A program made the translations under genes and the position numbers. From the NCBI GenBank assembly GCA_034670305.1, contig JAXMNT010000006.1, positions 128,001-192,000 on the forward strand: 64,000 nt of DNA. Reading direction: 5' to 3'. Below, in pieces: positions 42,038 through 51,633 of this stretch (its first letter is position 1; the number at the start of each line of letters is the position of its first letter). The notes beneath the pieces were generated by a model. It saw nothing but the letters and a program-made list of their open reading frames with translations. It was not told the DNA's origin and searched no databases. The stretch comes from Deltaproteobacteria bacterium. GTDB taxonomy: Bacteria; Myxococcota_A; Polyangia; Polyangiales; Houyiibacteriaceae.

Positions 42038-42826
42038 CTACACCGCGGGGGCGGCGTCGGGATCGGGAGGTGGGGCGGTGGACTTGCGGCGCCAGGCCCA
42101 GACGAGGAGCACGGCGAGCAGCAGGTTCAGCACGAGGGCACCGGCGAGGATGCCCTTGAGCACGCCAGCGGTTCCGCGGGTGACCGTGACCGGCCCGAGC
42201 GAAACGAGGCGGGCTTCGCGGGGTTCGGCGGCGTGCTGCGTCTGCACGCCGATGACGGCGACGTCTTCGGTCCGCATCTCGTCCACGGCGCCCACGACGA
42301 GCGCGCGCACTGCGTCGGCGTCGTAGGGCGGCTCGGCGCCACGGTATTCGATGAGCACGCTGGCGCGAGGATGGGTGGTCTCGGTCTCGAGCGTCAGCCG
42401 CGAGCGGCCAGGAATTGCCAAGTGGACCCGCGCATCGAGCACACCGTCGATGACTTCGATCGAGCGGGCGAGTTCGCCGCTCAAGCCGGTCAGGAAGCGG
42501 GCACGCTCTTCGGTCGCGGTGGGCACGAGGCCGCCTTCGCCAAAGATCTCCGCGAGCCCTGGATCCGGGGTGCGCGGCAGACCATCGGCGCGCAGCACTT
42601 CGAGCGCGGGCGCCACCTCTTCCGGCGCCACCATGACGGCAAAACGCGCGTCTTCGCCCGACCCGCCGATCTGCTCTTTGGAAGCGCCGATGCCGCGTTC
42701 GTGGAGCGCGACCAAAACCTGGTTCGCTTGTTCTTCGGCGAGGTCCGCTTCGAGGGTCGCTTCGCACGCGCAGAGGAGTGTCAGCAGCGCGAGCCCGACC
42801 AGCACGGTTCGTCTCGGTGGACGCAT
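42038..42826 (-). CDS. sctJ: SctJ/YscJ-family inner-membrane ring lipoprotein (orphan)
   Basis: LCAC lipobox, EEQANQV, GLP...GLAEIF...LVPTATEERAR, IDGVLDARVHL, ASVLI, C-terminal transmembrane helix followed by RRK. Confidence 0.85.
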   Translation of the reverse strand: MRPPRRTVLVGLALLTLLCACEATLEADLAEEQANQVLVALHERGIGASKEQIGGSGEDARFAVMVAPEEVAPALEVLRADGLPRTPDPGLAEIFGEGGLVPTATEERARFLTGLSGELARSIEVIDGVLDARVHLAIPGRSRLTLETETTHPRASVLIEYRGAEPPYDADAVRALVVGAVDEMRTEDVAVIGVQTQHAAEPREARLVSLGPVTVTRGTAGVLKGILAGALVLNLLLAVLLVWAWRRKSTAPPPDPDAAPAV

Positions 42827-42827
42827 T

Positions 42828-44795
42828 TCAGTTCGCGCTGAAGCCGTACCGCGCACCCATGCGCGCGGATCCGAATGTCGGGAAACGAATGTTGCGCACC
42901 GCGCCGCGGATGCACGACTTGAACTGGCCACTGCCCTGGCGCGCGCTCACGCCCATCACCCGACCGCTGCCCGCGATCGCGATGTCGATCGTCACGTTGC
43001 CGAGGCTGCCGCCGCGGCGCGACTCGGGCACCACGCACGAGTTGAAGATCCGGTTGAGGTTCCGGTTCATCACGCCCTGCACGGACCCTGGATCGAGCCG
43101 GCCCTGTCCACCCATCGAGGTCACGTCGCCGAGTTCGATCGGGACGTTCATCGCGTCTTCGTAGGAACCGACGAACTGTCCGGCCATCACGGCGGCGCGC
43201 ATGCCGCCGCCCATGCCGTGCCGGCGCCCGCTCCGGGGTGGGTCGGGGAGGATGCCCGCGGTGCCAGTCAATTCGATCTCGCCGCGCGCGAAGAGATCCC
43301 CGAGGTTCGCGGCGGCCACGTTCTCGGTCTCGCCACTCTCGCGGGTCACGAGGAAGATGGTCACCCCCGTACCGACCGCGAGCAGCAACGCCGCCGCGAC
43401 CGCGATCTTGAACACACCGCTGCGTTTTTCGCCGGCTTCGGCCGAGGCGATCGCGGCGGCGCGCGCTTTTTCGTCCCGCCCGATCTTGGCCTGGTCGATG
43501 AACTCGCGGAACTCCGGCCACTGACGCAGCAGTTTGCGTTCGCCGGTGTCCATGTTCATCAACGAGTGTTCTTCGAGCACGTCGCTCTTCACGATGAGTT
43601 CGACGAGCTCACGGCCGGAGAAGGGTCCGTGGTCCAGCCCGTCCTTGACCACCATCCAACGGGCGGCGTCGTTCTCGGTGATCTTCGCGAGCAAGCCGCC
43701 CAGGTCCACCTCGGCCGCTGGCGCGGGCGCTTGGGGCGCTGGACCCCCGACCATGCCGGGCGCACCCGGAAGGGAGGGGCGGAACTCTTCGTGAATGCTG
43801 ACCCGGGCGCCAACCTGAGGCGCGCCAGGAGCGGCGGGCGGACGGGGCGGCTTGGGCGGGGCGGGCACCGCGGCTGCGGCAGCGGTTGCGGGCGGACGCT
43901 GGCTCGCCATGTCGATGTCGATGTCGACGTCGAGATCGAAGTCTTCCGCGGCCGTTTCCGGCGCGTCGGCCACGAGCGGCTGAAGCGCGGCGCGCACTTC
44001 GTCGGGGGACTGAAAGCGGCCGCTGGGGTCGGGGGCCAGGCACGTGAGGAGCACCTGATCGAGGGCTGGACTCGCGTCGGGATGGGCCTGCGAAGGCGGC
44101 ACGAAGCCGTCGGCAGGGGACTTGCCGGTGAGCAGTTGATAGAGGATGGCGCCGACGCCGAAGATGTCGCTGGCGGCGGTGGGGGGACCGCCGGCTTTGA
44201 CCTCGGGGGCCAGGCTTGCCTGTTCCGCGACCGGCAGGACGTTCGGACCGCCCGCGAGCAGGAGCGCCTGACCCACCCCGAAGTCCGCCACCTTCACCCG
44301 GCCATTCTTCGTGACCCAGACCACCTCTGGGCGCAGTGCACCGTGGCATCCCGTGGGGTGGACGGCGGAGAGCGCGTTGCAGACGTGTGCGATGACGTTG
44401 TAGGCGCCGCGCAGGCTCATCTGTCCACCTGCGGCGCGGCGTTTGGCGATCAACTCGGCCAGCGGCTGGCCTTCGACCCACTCGCTCGCGACAAAGGGCG
44501 CGCCCTTGGTGCCCACGCCGTAGGTGGCGGCGATGTTTCGGTGGGAAAGCTTTGCGGCGGCGCGACACCCTTCCTTCAGCGTCTTGACGCCGGGTTCGCC
44601 CAGCACGTCGAGACGCAGGACCCGAAGCGAGATCGGCTTTTGGGTCTTCTGGTCTTTGGCGCGGAACACCTTGCCGAGCGAGTCGGCACGGATCTCTACT
44701 TCGATCTCGAACCGGCCACCGACAACCGTGCCCGGCGCGATGAGTCCAGCCGAGGGATCGCGCGCAGTGCTTGCTGCGGGTCGAGCGTCGGTCAC
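42828..44795 (-). CDS. Membrane pseudokinase with GYF_2-like and AgmX/PglI (TonB-C-like) C-terminal domains
   Basis: Hanks fold with DFG, APE and SDIFG, but ISLR in place of VAIK and HGA in place of HRD; WMVVKDGLDHGPF; one TM helix; periplasmic C...C RFP domain. Confidence 0.8.
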   Translation of the reverse strand: MTDARPAASTARDPSAGLIAPGTVVGGRFEIEVEIRADSLGKVFRAKDQKTQKPISLRVLRLDVLGEPGVKTLKEGCRAAAKLSHRNIAATYGVGTKGAPFVASEWVEGQPLAELIAKRRAAGGQMSLRGAYNVIAHVCNALSAVHPTGCHGALRPEVVWVTKNGRVKVADFGVGQALLLAGGPNVLPVAEQASLAPEVKAGGPPTAASDIFGVGAILYQLLTGKSPADGFVPPSQAHPDASPALDQVLLTCLAPDPSGRFQSPDEVRAALQPLVADAPETAAEDFDLDVDIDIDMASQRPPATAAAAAVPAPPKPPRPPAAPGAPQVGARVSIHEEFRPSLPGAPGMVGGPAPQAPAPAAEVDLGGLLAKITENDAARWMVVKDGLDHGPFSGRELVELIVKSDVLEEHSLMNMDTGERKLLRQWPEFREFIDQAKIGRDEKARAAAIASAEAGEKRSGVFKIAVAAALLLAVGTGVTIFLVTRESGETENVAAANLGDLFARGEIELTGTAGILPDPPRSGRRHGMGGGMRAAVMAGQFVGSYEDAMNVPIELGDVTSMGGQGRLDPGSVQGVMNRNLNRIFNSCVVPESRRGGSLGNVTIDIAIAGSGRVMGVSARQGSGQFKSCIRGAVRNIRFPTFGSARMGARYGFSAN

Positions 44796-44863
44796 CGGCG
44801 GAGACTATGCGGCGACGGGGCGTGGATCAACGGGTACCGGTGCGGATCCGCTCGAAAGAACGC

Positions 44864-45058
44864 CTAGAAGCGGATGCCGTTCTTGGCGCGATGTTTCCAC
44901 CAGCGGTAGGCCAAAAACCCCGTCGCGCCGATTCCCGCGATCGTCAACGGGACCACCCCAACCGTGGCGACACCGACGCCCGTCAGCACCGCCGCGCCCC
45001 CGGCGACGGTCCCCTTCTTGCGGGATTCTTTCTGTACGTCCGAACGTGCCTTGGCCAC
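44864..45058 (-). CDS. Small membrane protein
   Basis: Hydrophobic hairpin then YRWWKHRAKNGIRF; AAAGGT upstream of GTG. Confidence 0.6.
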   Translation of the reverse strand: MAKARSDVQKESRKKGTVAGGAAVLTGVGVATVGVVPLTIAGIGATGFLAYRWWKHRAKNGIRF

Positions 45059-45167
45059 GACGACCTTTCTAGCATGGAGGAACGACCGATACGAACGTGT
45101 GCCGGCGCGGTTCCCCCGACAAAGAGAGAACGGACAGCCACCGTCCCGTATTTCGCCCACGCGTGAT

Positions 45168-45363
45168 GGGCGGCTTCGGCGTCGGCTTCGGCTTCGGCGT
45201 CGGCTTCGGCTTCGGCGTCGGCGTCGGCGTCGGCTTCGGCTTCGGCGTCGGCTTCGGCTTCGGCGTCGGCTTCGGCGTCGGCTTCGGCTTCGGCGTCGGC
45301 GTCGGCTTCGGCTTCGGCGTCGGCTTCGGCTTCGGCTTCGGCCTCGGCGTCGGCTTCAGCTTC
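45168..45363. repeat. About 32 units of TCGGCN (GCCGAN on the minus strand)
   Basis: Seen directly; begins about 18 nt after the helicase stop. Confidence 0.95.
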
Positions 45364-45380
45364 GCGCCAGCCTCCTCAGC

Positions 45381-47264
45381 TCAGGCCTTGGCGCGTTCCA
45401 CGGTCAACGACTCGCCATTGAACTCATGGCCGTTCAGGGCTTCGATGACCGCGTCGACCTTCTCGGCCGGCACGAAGACGAAGCTGTGTTTGTCGCGAAG
45501 CCGGATGCGGCCCACGTCCTTGCGCTCGAGCCCGCCGATCTCCTGGAAGAGTTCGTTCAGGTCGCGCACCCGGGTGCCCGCCTGCCGGCCGGTGCCCACG
45601 TAGAGGCGCACGTGGTCTTCGTCGTCCCGCTCCGCGCGCTCTTCGTCGCGTTCCTTCGAATCGCTCGACGCGCCGTTGTCGTCGGTGCGGCCTTCGCCGC
45701 GTCGGCGCCGACTGCGCCGACGGGGCCGCTCCTGGCGATCCGGATCGCCATCGTCGGAGGGGCGTTCGTCTCGCGCTGCGGCCGGTTTTGCTTCGAGCTC
45801 GTCTTCGGCTTTCGGCTTCGCAGCCGCCTTCACAGGCGCCTTCTTGGCCGGCTTCTTCGGCTCGGCCTTGGGCGCGGCCTTCGCGCGTTTCGGCGCGGGG
45901 CGGGGTGCTTTCTCGCGGCGGGTGGCGGCCGCGACTTCGTCGACATCCGGGGTCGTGCCGAAGAACGCGCCGAGCAGACCGGCGATCAGACGCTCTGCCT
46001 TGGGGTGCGTGAGCAACCGGGCGGCGACGGCGCGATCGATCTCGGCGGTGCCGGTGATGGCGGCGTCCAGCATGCCGAGACGATCCATCTCGCGCCGGGT
46101 GCGCTCTTCGCCAGCGCTCGGGAGCGTGCGTTCCTTCGGGAAGATCTTGTACTGCAAACGCAGGTAGTAGAGCGTCCCGAGCTCTTTCGGACTCACGAGC
46201 GCGATCGCGGTGCCGGTGCGCCCCGCCCGTCCGGTGCGGCCGGTGCGGTGGATGTACTGCTCGATGTGCTCGGGCAGGGAGAAGTTGATCACGTGCGTGA
46301 GGTGCGAGACGTCGATGCCGCGCGCCGCCACGTCGGTCGCGACCAGGAAGCGCAGTTCTTCGGCACGGGTGCGCGCCATGATCTTCTCGCGGTCGCGTTG
46401 CGCGAGGTCGCCGTTGAGCCAGTCGGCGTTGTAGCCGGCCGCCTGCAACGACGCCGCGACCTGTTCGGTCTCGGCTTTGGTGTTGCAGAAGATGATCGCG
46501 CTCTCGGGATCTTCGACCTCGAGGATCTTCACCAGGTCGCCAGCGCGGTTCTGACCGGTCACCGTGTAGATGAAGTGGTCGATGCCGAGCGCGCCCACCG
46601 CGTCGCCGCTCAGCTCGAGGAACTGGGGCTCGACCATGTGGCGTTTGCTCATGCGCTGCACCGGGGAGTCCACGGTGGCGCTGAAGAGCAGGGTCTGCCG
46701 CTTCTTCGGCAGCAGCTCCATGATCGCGTTGAGTTCTTTCGCGAACCCCATCGACAGCATCTCGTCCGCTTCGTCGAGGACGAGCACCTTCAGGCCCGAG
46801 GGATCGAGCGTGCGCCGGCGCAGGTGGTCGAGCACCCGGCCTGGGGTGCCAGAGACGATCTGTGCTCCGTCGGCCAGCTCGCGGGTCTGCTTCTCGATCG
46901 GCGCGCCACCGTAGACGGCGGTGGTGCGGATGCCCTTGTGGGCGGCCAACTTGCCGATCTCGCGCGCGCTTTGAAGCGCCAGCTCCCGGGTCGGTGCGAG
47001 GACGAGCGCTTGAACGCCCGGCGTGTCGTCGACGATGCGGTCGACGATCGGGATCCCGAACGCGCCGGTCTTGCCGGTGCCCGTTCGAGCCTGGACGATG
47101 AGATCGCTGCCGTCGCTGGCGAGGGCGTAGCTCTCGGCCTGCACGAGGGTCGGCGTGGACCAGCCCATCGAGTCGAGGGCTTCGAGGACGTCCTTGCCGA
47201 TGCCGAGCTCGGCGAAGGTTTCGGGGCCCGCAGGGGCTTCCGGGGTTTCTACGGTTTCAGTCAT
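45381..47264 (-). CDS. deaD: DEAD-box RNA helicase with a C-terminal DbpA-type RNA-binding domain
   Basis: TGTGKT, PTRELA, TPGR, DEAD, SAT, ARGID, HRTGRTGR; C-terminal domain VGRIRLRDKHSFV. Confidence 0.88.
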   Translation of the reverse strand: MTETVETPEAPAGPETFAELGIGKDVLEALDSMGWSTPTLVQAESYALASDGSDLIVQARTGTGKTGAFGIPIVDRIVDDTPGVQALVLAPTRELALQSAREIGKLAAHKGIRTTAVYGGAPIEKQTRELADGAQIVSGTPGRVLDHLRRRTLDPSGLKVLVLDEADEMLSMGFAKELNAIMELLPKKRQTLLFSATVDSPVQRMSKRHMVEPQFLELSGDAVGALGIDHFIYTVTGQNRAGDLVKILEVEDPESAIIFCNTKAETEQVAASLQAAGYNADWLNGDLAQRDREKIMARTRAEELRFLVATDVAARGIDVSHLTHVINFSLPEHIEQYIHRTGRTGRAGRTGTAIALVSPKELGTLYYLRLQYKIFPKERTLPSAGEERTRREMDRLGMLDAAITGTAEIDRAVAARLLTHPKAERLIAGLLGAFFGTTPDVDEVAAATRREKAPRPAPKRAKAAPKAEPKKPAKKAPVKAAAKPKAEDELEAKPAAARDERPSDDGDPDRQERPRRRSRRRRGEGRTDDNGASSDSKERDEERAERDDEDHVRLYVGTGRQAGTRVRDLNELFQEIGGLERKDVGRIRLRDKHSFVFVPAEKVDAVIEALNGHEFNGESLTVERAKA

Positions 47265-47943
47265 GTTCTTCTCTTCTTGGGACGTCGTCGTCGTGGAAGG
47301 ACCGCTCGAGCTGCGCGAGCGCGCGGCCCTCTTCGCGGTTCACCCTCCGCAACGTGTCCTGCAGCCGAAAGCGAATGCTTGCGGCGCGTTGGTGGCGGGG
47401 ATCGTCCGCGCATGCAGGTTGCAATGCGAGGTGCCGATCGTCCCAACCACGCAGGAAAACGTCGAGGTCGGTGGGGTCGCCGTCCAACTGTTGGGCGGCG
47501 TGGGTCCGGAGCTCGACGACTTGGGCCCGAAGACCCTCCTCGCACTGCTCAGGGACATCTTGGGGGGTGCTGGGCTCGGGCCAGAACACGGCGGGGATCA
47601 CGGAGCTGAAGCCGACCGTCATCACGTAGAGCATGAAAACCCAGTAGATTCCGAGCGCGACGCGTCGTCCACGCCGCCCAGCCCGCGCGACGGCTGCCGC
47701 GTGTGGGGTCGCCGGACTCGGCTCGGAGCCCGCCTCGGGCTCCTCTTGCTGCGCGTCGGCCAATCGTGCCTCGGGGGTTTTGCCCCGTGTTTCGGAGCTT
47801 TCGGAGCACCTCTCGAAGAGAGTCAGTACCCCGGAATTCCGAGCCTTTCTAGCCTTCGCGCCCCCGACGGTCAAGCCGGGCGTGGCCGGCCCCAAGCGAA
47901 TCGCACCGGGCCTGTGGGAGTCGGTGCGGCCCGACGGCGGCAT
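47257..47943 (-). CDS. Hypothetical single-pass membrane protein
   Basis: One TM segment (ALGIYWVFMLYVMTVGF); overlaps the helicase start; start uncertain. Confidence 0.5.
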   Translation of the reverse strand: MPPSGRTDSHRPGAIRLGPATPGLTVGGAKARKARNSGVLTLFERCSESSETRGKTPEARLADAQQEEPEAGSEPSPATPHAAAVARAGRRGRRVALGIYWVFMLYVMTVGFSSVIPAVFWPEPSTPQDVPEQCEEGLRAQVVELRTHAAQQLDGDPTDLDVFLRGWDDRHLALQPACADDPRHQRAASIRFRLQDTLRRVNREEGRALAQLERSFHDDDVPRREEHD

Positions 47944-48151
47944 GCTATGGCCGGGTCGTGGGATCCGGAAGCACAGGGCTGTTGTGGTACGTGCTCTGCT
48001 GCGGCTTCATCGGCTTCACGGTCAGCCTGGGCCTGGTGCTGATGTGGTGGGGAGAGCGTCGAAAGCGGCTTCGACGCGAGGCCCGGCGAGAGGGCCGGCT
48101 GCCCCCCACGCGCACCGACGATCTGCCGTAGCCGCCACGGCGCCTCCCCGG

Positions 48152-48280
48152 GCCCGTGCCCTTGCCCGGCATCGGCTTCGGCTCCGGCATCGGCATCCAC
48201 ATCGGCATCCTTGTTGTCGTGCCCTCGCAGCCCACGACGATCATCAAGGGCACGGGCAAGGGTACGCGCAAGGGTACGCG
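48152..48280. repeat. Degenerate TCGGCN tract enclosed by a 13-bp inverted repeat
   Basis: GCCCGTGCCCTTG (48152-48164) and CAAGGGCACGGGC (48245-48257). Confidence 0.75.
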
Positions 48281-48329
48281 CACCGATCGGAGCGGGTGGA
48301 GTCCGCCCGACTTCTGGTAGTCTGCGCGC

Positions 48330-49913
48330 ATGCTCAGGCGCCTCGTCGAATCATCGGGCCATGCCCCTGTCTGGACCCTGGGAGTCGCGTGTCTGCTCGG
48401 CTGCGTGGGCGGCGACGCCTCGCCCCCCCAGGTGAACATTCACGATCCGCTCGGCCTCATGGACGTGGTCGGCGACCTCCGCCTGCTCGTCTTCCCCGCC
48501 GCCGCCCGCACCTGTGACGTGGCGCTTGGAGAACTGTCGCCCGCGCTCAGCGATGCGTCCGGCGCGACCTTCGACGACGCGGTGGTCGACATCCGCTTCG
48601 GCACCGACGAGGCCGCCATGGTCACGCTCGACGAGGGCCTCTACACCGTGCTCGTCCGAGGGCGCGGCATCGACCCCGTGTCGATGCGCCCCGACCAGAT
48701 CGTCGCGACCGGCTGCGCGGGCGACGTGCAGATCGATTCTGGCGGGACCCGCGACATCACCCTCGAGCTCAAGGATGTGGTCGGCATGGGGGTGTGCGAC
48801 GACGGAGTGCTCAGCCCCGACGAGCAGTGCGAAGCGGTCACCGGCCCCTCGCCCTGCGTCGCGTGTGTGACCCAGAGTTTCGTGTTTCACACCGCGACCG
48901 AAGCGACCCAGGAGCGGGCCTCCGTGGCCTGGGGCGTGGGACAACGCATCCTCGTGTCGTTCGAGAGCAACGCCAGTTCCCGGGAGGTCCGCACGATGGT
49001 GCGCGACGGACGGGGCGACATCATCATGTCGCCGAGCGCGCTCGCCATCGACCAGCCCGTCGACTTCGACGCACCGGTGGCCGGCGTCCAGAGCACGAGC
49101 GCGGCGGCGATCAGCGCGGCCCGCCTGGGTGTCGCGTTCACCGACTTCCCCGGTGGCATGGGCGAGATCCTCGTCCGCTTCTTCGACCAGACCCGGTCTC
49201 CGATGGGACCGCCCACCGCGGCCCATCCCATGACGGGCGGCCAGACCTTGCCGGACATCGCGATGACCGCGGACGGAACCGCGTTGGTGGTCTTCGCCGA
49301 CACGACGTCCGCGAGTGGCGCGTCGGCTTCCCTCTTCGCGGCGGGTTCGACCACGCCGGGCACCCCGGCTGCGATCGGCACTGCGAGCGTGCAGACGCCT
49401 GCCGTGGCTGCGGCGGGGACCGGGTTCTTGGTCGCGTTCGTCTCGGCCGGCGACATCTTCGTCCAGCGGTTCGACGCGGCGGGTGTCGCGTCCGCTGCGC
49501 TGCCAGTCGCGATGGACGCGGGCGAGCAGAGCGACCCCGCCGTCGCGGCACTCGATGCCGATCGGTTCCTGGTCACGTGGACCGATCCAGGAGGCATCCG
49601 AGCGAAGGTCTTCACTGGAGACACCGGAGGCACCACGCTCGTGGTCGGCGCGGGCGTCGCTCCGGCGGTCGGGGCGGGGGGCGAACGTTTCCTGCTCGCG
49701 TGGGAAGATGCCGGGACGATTCGGGCGCGCCTCTACGATGGCAGCGGCCAACCGGCCCGCAACCGTGAGTCGCCGCCCACGCCCGACGCGTTCGTCGTCG
49801 CGATGGGGGCCAAACCCGACGTCGCCGCGGGTGGCGACGCCAGTCAGGCCGCGGGCATCGTGGTGTTCGAAGCCGCGACCGACATTCAGAGCCGGATCTT
49901 CCCGCTACCGTAG
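48330..49913 (+). CDS. Lipoprotein with a Myxococcus-type Cys motif and beta-rich repeats
   Basis: LLGC lipobox; CDDGVLSPDEQCE; repeated PAVAA...FLVxW units. Confidence 0.75.
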   Translation: MLRRLVESSGHAPVWTLGVACLLGCVGGDASPPQVNIHDPLGLMDVVGDLRLLVFPAAARTCDVALGELSPALSDASGATFDDAVVDIRFGTDEAAMVTLDEGLYTVLVRGRGIDPVSMRPDQIVATGCAGDVQIDSGGTRDITLELKDVVGMGVCDDGVLSPDEQCEAVTGPSPCVACVTQSFVFHTATEATQERASVAWGVGQRILVSFESNASSREVRTMVRDGRGDIIMSPSALAIDQPVDFDAPVAGVQSTSAAAISAARLGVAFTDFPGGMGEILVRFFDQTRSPMGPPTAAHPMTGGQTLPDIAMTADGTALVVFADTTSASGASASLFAAGSTTPGTPAAIGTASVQTPAVAAAGTGFLVAFVSAGDIFVQRFDAAGVASAALPVAMDAGEQSDPAVAALDADRFLVTWTDPGGIRAKVFTGDTGGTTLVVGAGVAPAVGAGGERFLLAWEDAGTIRARLYDGSGQPARNRESPPTPDAFVVAMGAKPDVAAGGDASQAAGIVVFEAATDIQSRIFPLP

Positions 49914-50006
49914 CGCTTCTTCCGGACGCTCAAGCGGTCGCGTGACGCCGGGCCGACGGCACCTGCGGGTGTCGCTTGGTGGCCGACGTGGCATGATCGG
50001 CGGCGT

Positions 50007-51620
50007 ATGCCCCCGTGGCGGTACCGCGTCATCTACTTCGTCCTGCTCCCCGCGATCGCGATCGCGACGGGCATCCTCGGGTACTACACGTGGGTCAGCG
50101 CCTCGGGGTTCGCGCGCCTGGGCGAGCAGACCATCGCGGACAGCACGCTGCTGCTGGTGCGCGAGAAGGTCGAGTCGATCGAACGCTACGTGATCACGCA
50201 GGACAACCTCGCGTTCGGCCTCGTCGAGCTGGCGGATGGGACCAGCATCGAGTCGAAGTGGTTGCCGGTGGCCGAGCAAGTGACGCCGAGCATTCACGCG
50301 CTGCTCTTGCTCGACGACGCCGGTGAGGTGCTCGGCTACGCGAACCGCGGCAACGAGCGGGAGGCCGCGCGCTTCTTGAAAGTGTTCGAAGAGCGCATGC
50401 TCGGCGAGCTGGAGTTGCAGCGGCTGACGGTCGGTCGGCTCAAACACCTTCACCAGTCGTTCGGCAACAAGAGCTACCTGCTCTCTTACGAAGCGCGGCG
50501 GCATGCGGGTCGCAGGGTGTACCTCGTCGCGCACCACGACACCGAGTACATCGTGGAAGAGGAGTTCCCGCGGCTCTTCGCCACCGAGGAAGGCAAGCGC
50601 CAGTACAACGTGGTGTCGGACGACAACCGCCGCGTGTACGGACCGAGCTTGGCCAACGCGGGCGACTACCTCGTGGGCCACCGTTTCCCGACGACGCTCT
50701 ACGCGTGGCGGCTGCAGGTCGCGCCGAAACAGGCGCCGCTGCTCGAGCGGCAGGGACGGAGCCGACGCGCGACCGACCTGGCGCTGCTCGGCATCGCCTT
50801 CTTGGTCGTGTTGCTCGGCGTGTTCTTCTTGCTCTACGCCGCGCACAAAGAGCGCCAGCTCAACGCGCTCAAGGGCGAGTTCATCGCGAACGTCTCGCAC
50901 GAACTCAAGACGCCCCTCTCCGTCGTCCGCATGTTTGGAGAGATGCTTGCGAGCGATCGCGTGCGGAGCGAAGAGAAGCGACAGCAGTACCTCGAGATCA
51001 TCGTCCGAGAATCGGAGCGACTGACGACGCTGATCGACAACGTGCTCGACTTCTCTGCGCTCGAACGGGGCCGGCCCATGTACGCGATGCGGCAGCGCGA
51101 TCTCGAAGAGGTGGTGAACCACGCGCTCGAGACGTTCCGCTACCGGGTCGAGCGAGAAGGCGTCGAGATCCAGCTCGACGTGCGGGGCGAGCTGCCCCCG
51201 GTGAAGATCGACGAGCAGGCGTTCGTGCTCGCGCTCGTGAACTTGCTCGACAACGCGATGAAGTACGGCGAGCGCACGCCGATCACCGTGACGCTCGAGC
51301 ACGTGCGCGACTTCGTGCAGGTGCGGGTGCGCGACCGCGGCCCCGGCATTCCGCCCCAGTCTCAGAAGCGGGTGTTCGAACGGTTCTTCCGTGGCCGCCG
51401 CGAGTCCGACGTGCGCGGCAGCGGCATCGGCCTCGCGCTTGTACGCCACATCGCCCAGGCGCACGGCGGGCGCGCCTGGGCGGTGAACTCGGATGAAGAA
51501 GAGGGCGGCGCCGTCGTCTCCTTCGCCATCCCCGCCCTCGCCGCCGGCGCCGCTCGAGACGCAGACGTGAGCGACCCGGGCAGCAGCATCGCGCCGGAAA
51601 GCGACCCCGCCGCAGCCTGA
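50007..51620 (+). CDS. Membrane sensor histidine kinase
   Basis: Two TM helices; SHELKTPL H-box, NLLDNAMKY, DRGPGI, GSGIGL. Confidence 0.95.
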   Translation: MPPWRYRVIYFVLLPAIAIATGILGYYTWVSASGFARLGEQTIADSTLLLVREKVESIERYVITQDNLAFGLVELADGTSIESKWLPVAEQVTPSIHALLLLDDAGEVLGYANRGNEREAARFLKVFEERMLGELELQRLTVGRLKHLHQSFGNKSYLLSYEARRHAGRRVYLVAHHDTEYIVEEEFPRLFATEEGKRQYNVVSDDNRRVYGPSLANAGDYLVGHRFPTTLYAWRLQVAPKQAPLLERQGRSRRATDLALLGIAFLVVLLGVFFLLYAAHKERQLNALKGEFIANVSHELKTPLSVVRMFGEMLASDRVRSEEKRQQYLEIIVRESERLTTLIDNVLDFSALERGRPMYAMRQRDLEEVVNHALETFRYRVEREGVEIQLDVRGELPPVKIDEQAFVLALVNLLDNAMKYGERTPITVTLEHVRDFVQVRVRDRGPGIPPQSQKRVFERFFRGRRESDVRGSGIGLALVRHIAQAHGGRAWAVNSDEEEGGAVVSFAIPALAAGAARDADVSDPGSSIAPESDPAAA

Positions 51621-51633
51621 CCCCACGGGCTTC

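Noticed and set aside
42038-42826. Flagellar FliF or a full T3SS island
   Set aside because: Too short for FliF and has a lipobox; no other sct or fli genes are in the window.
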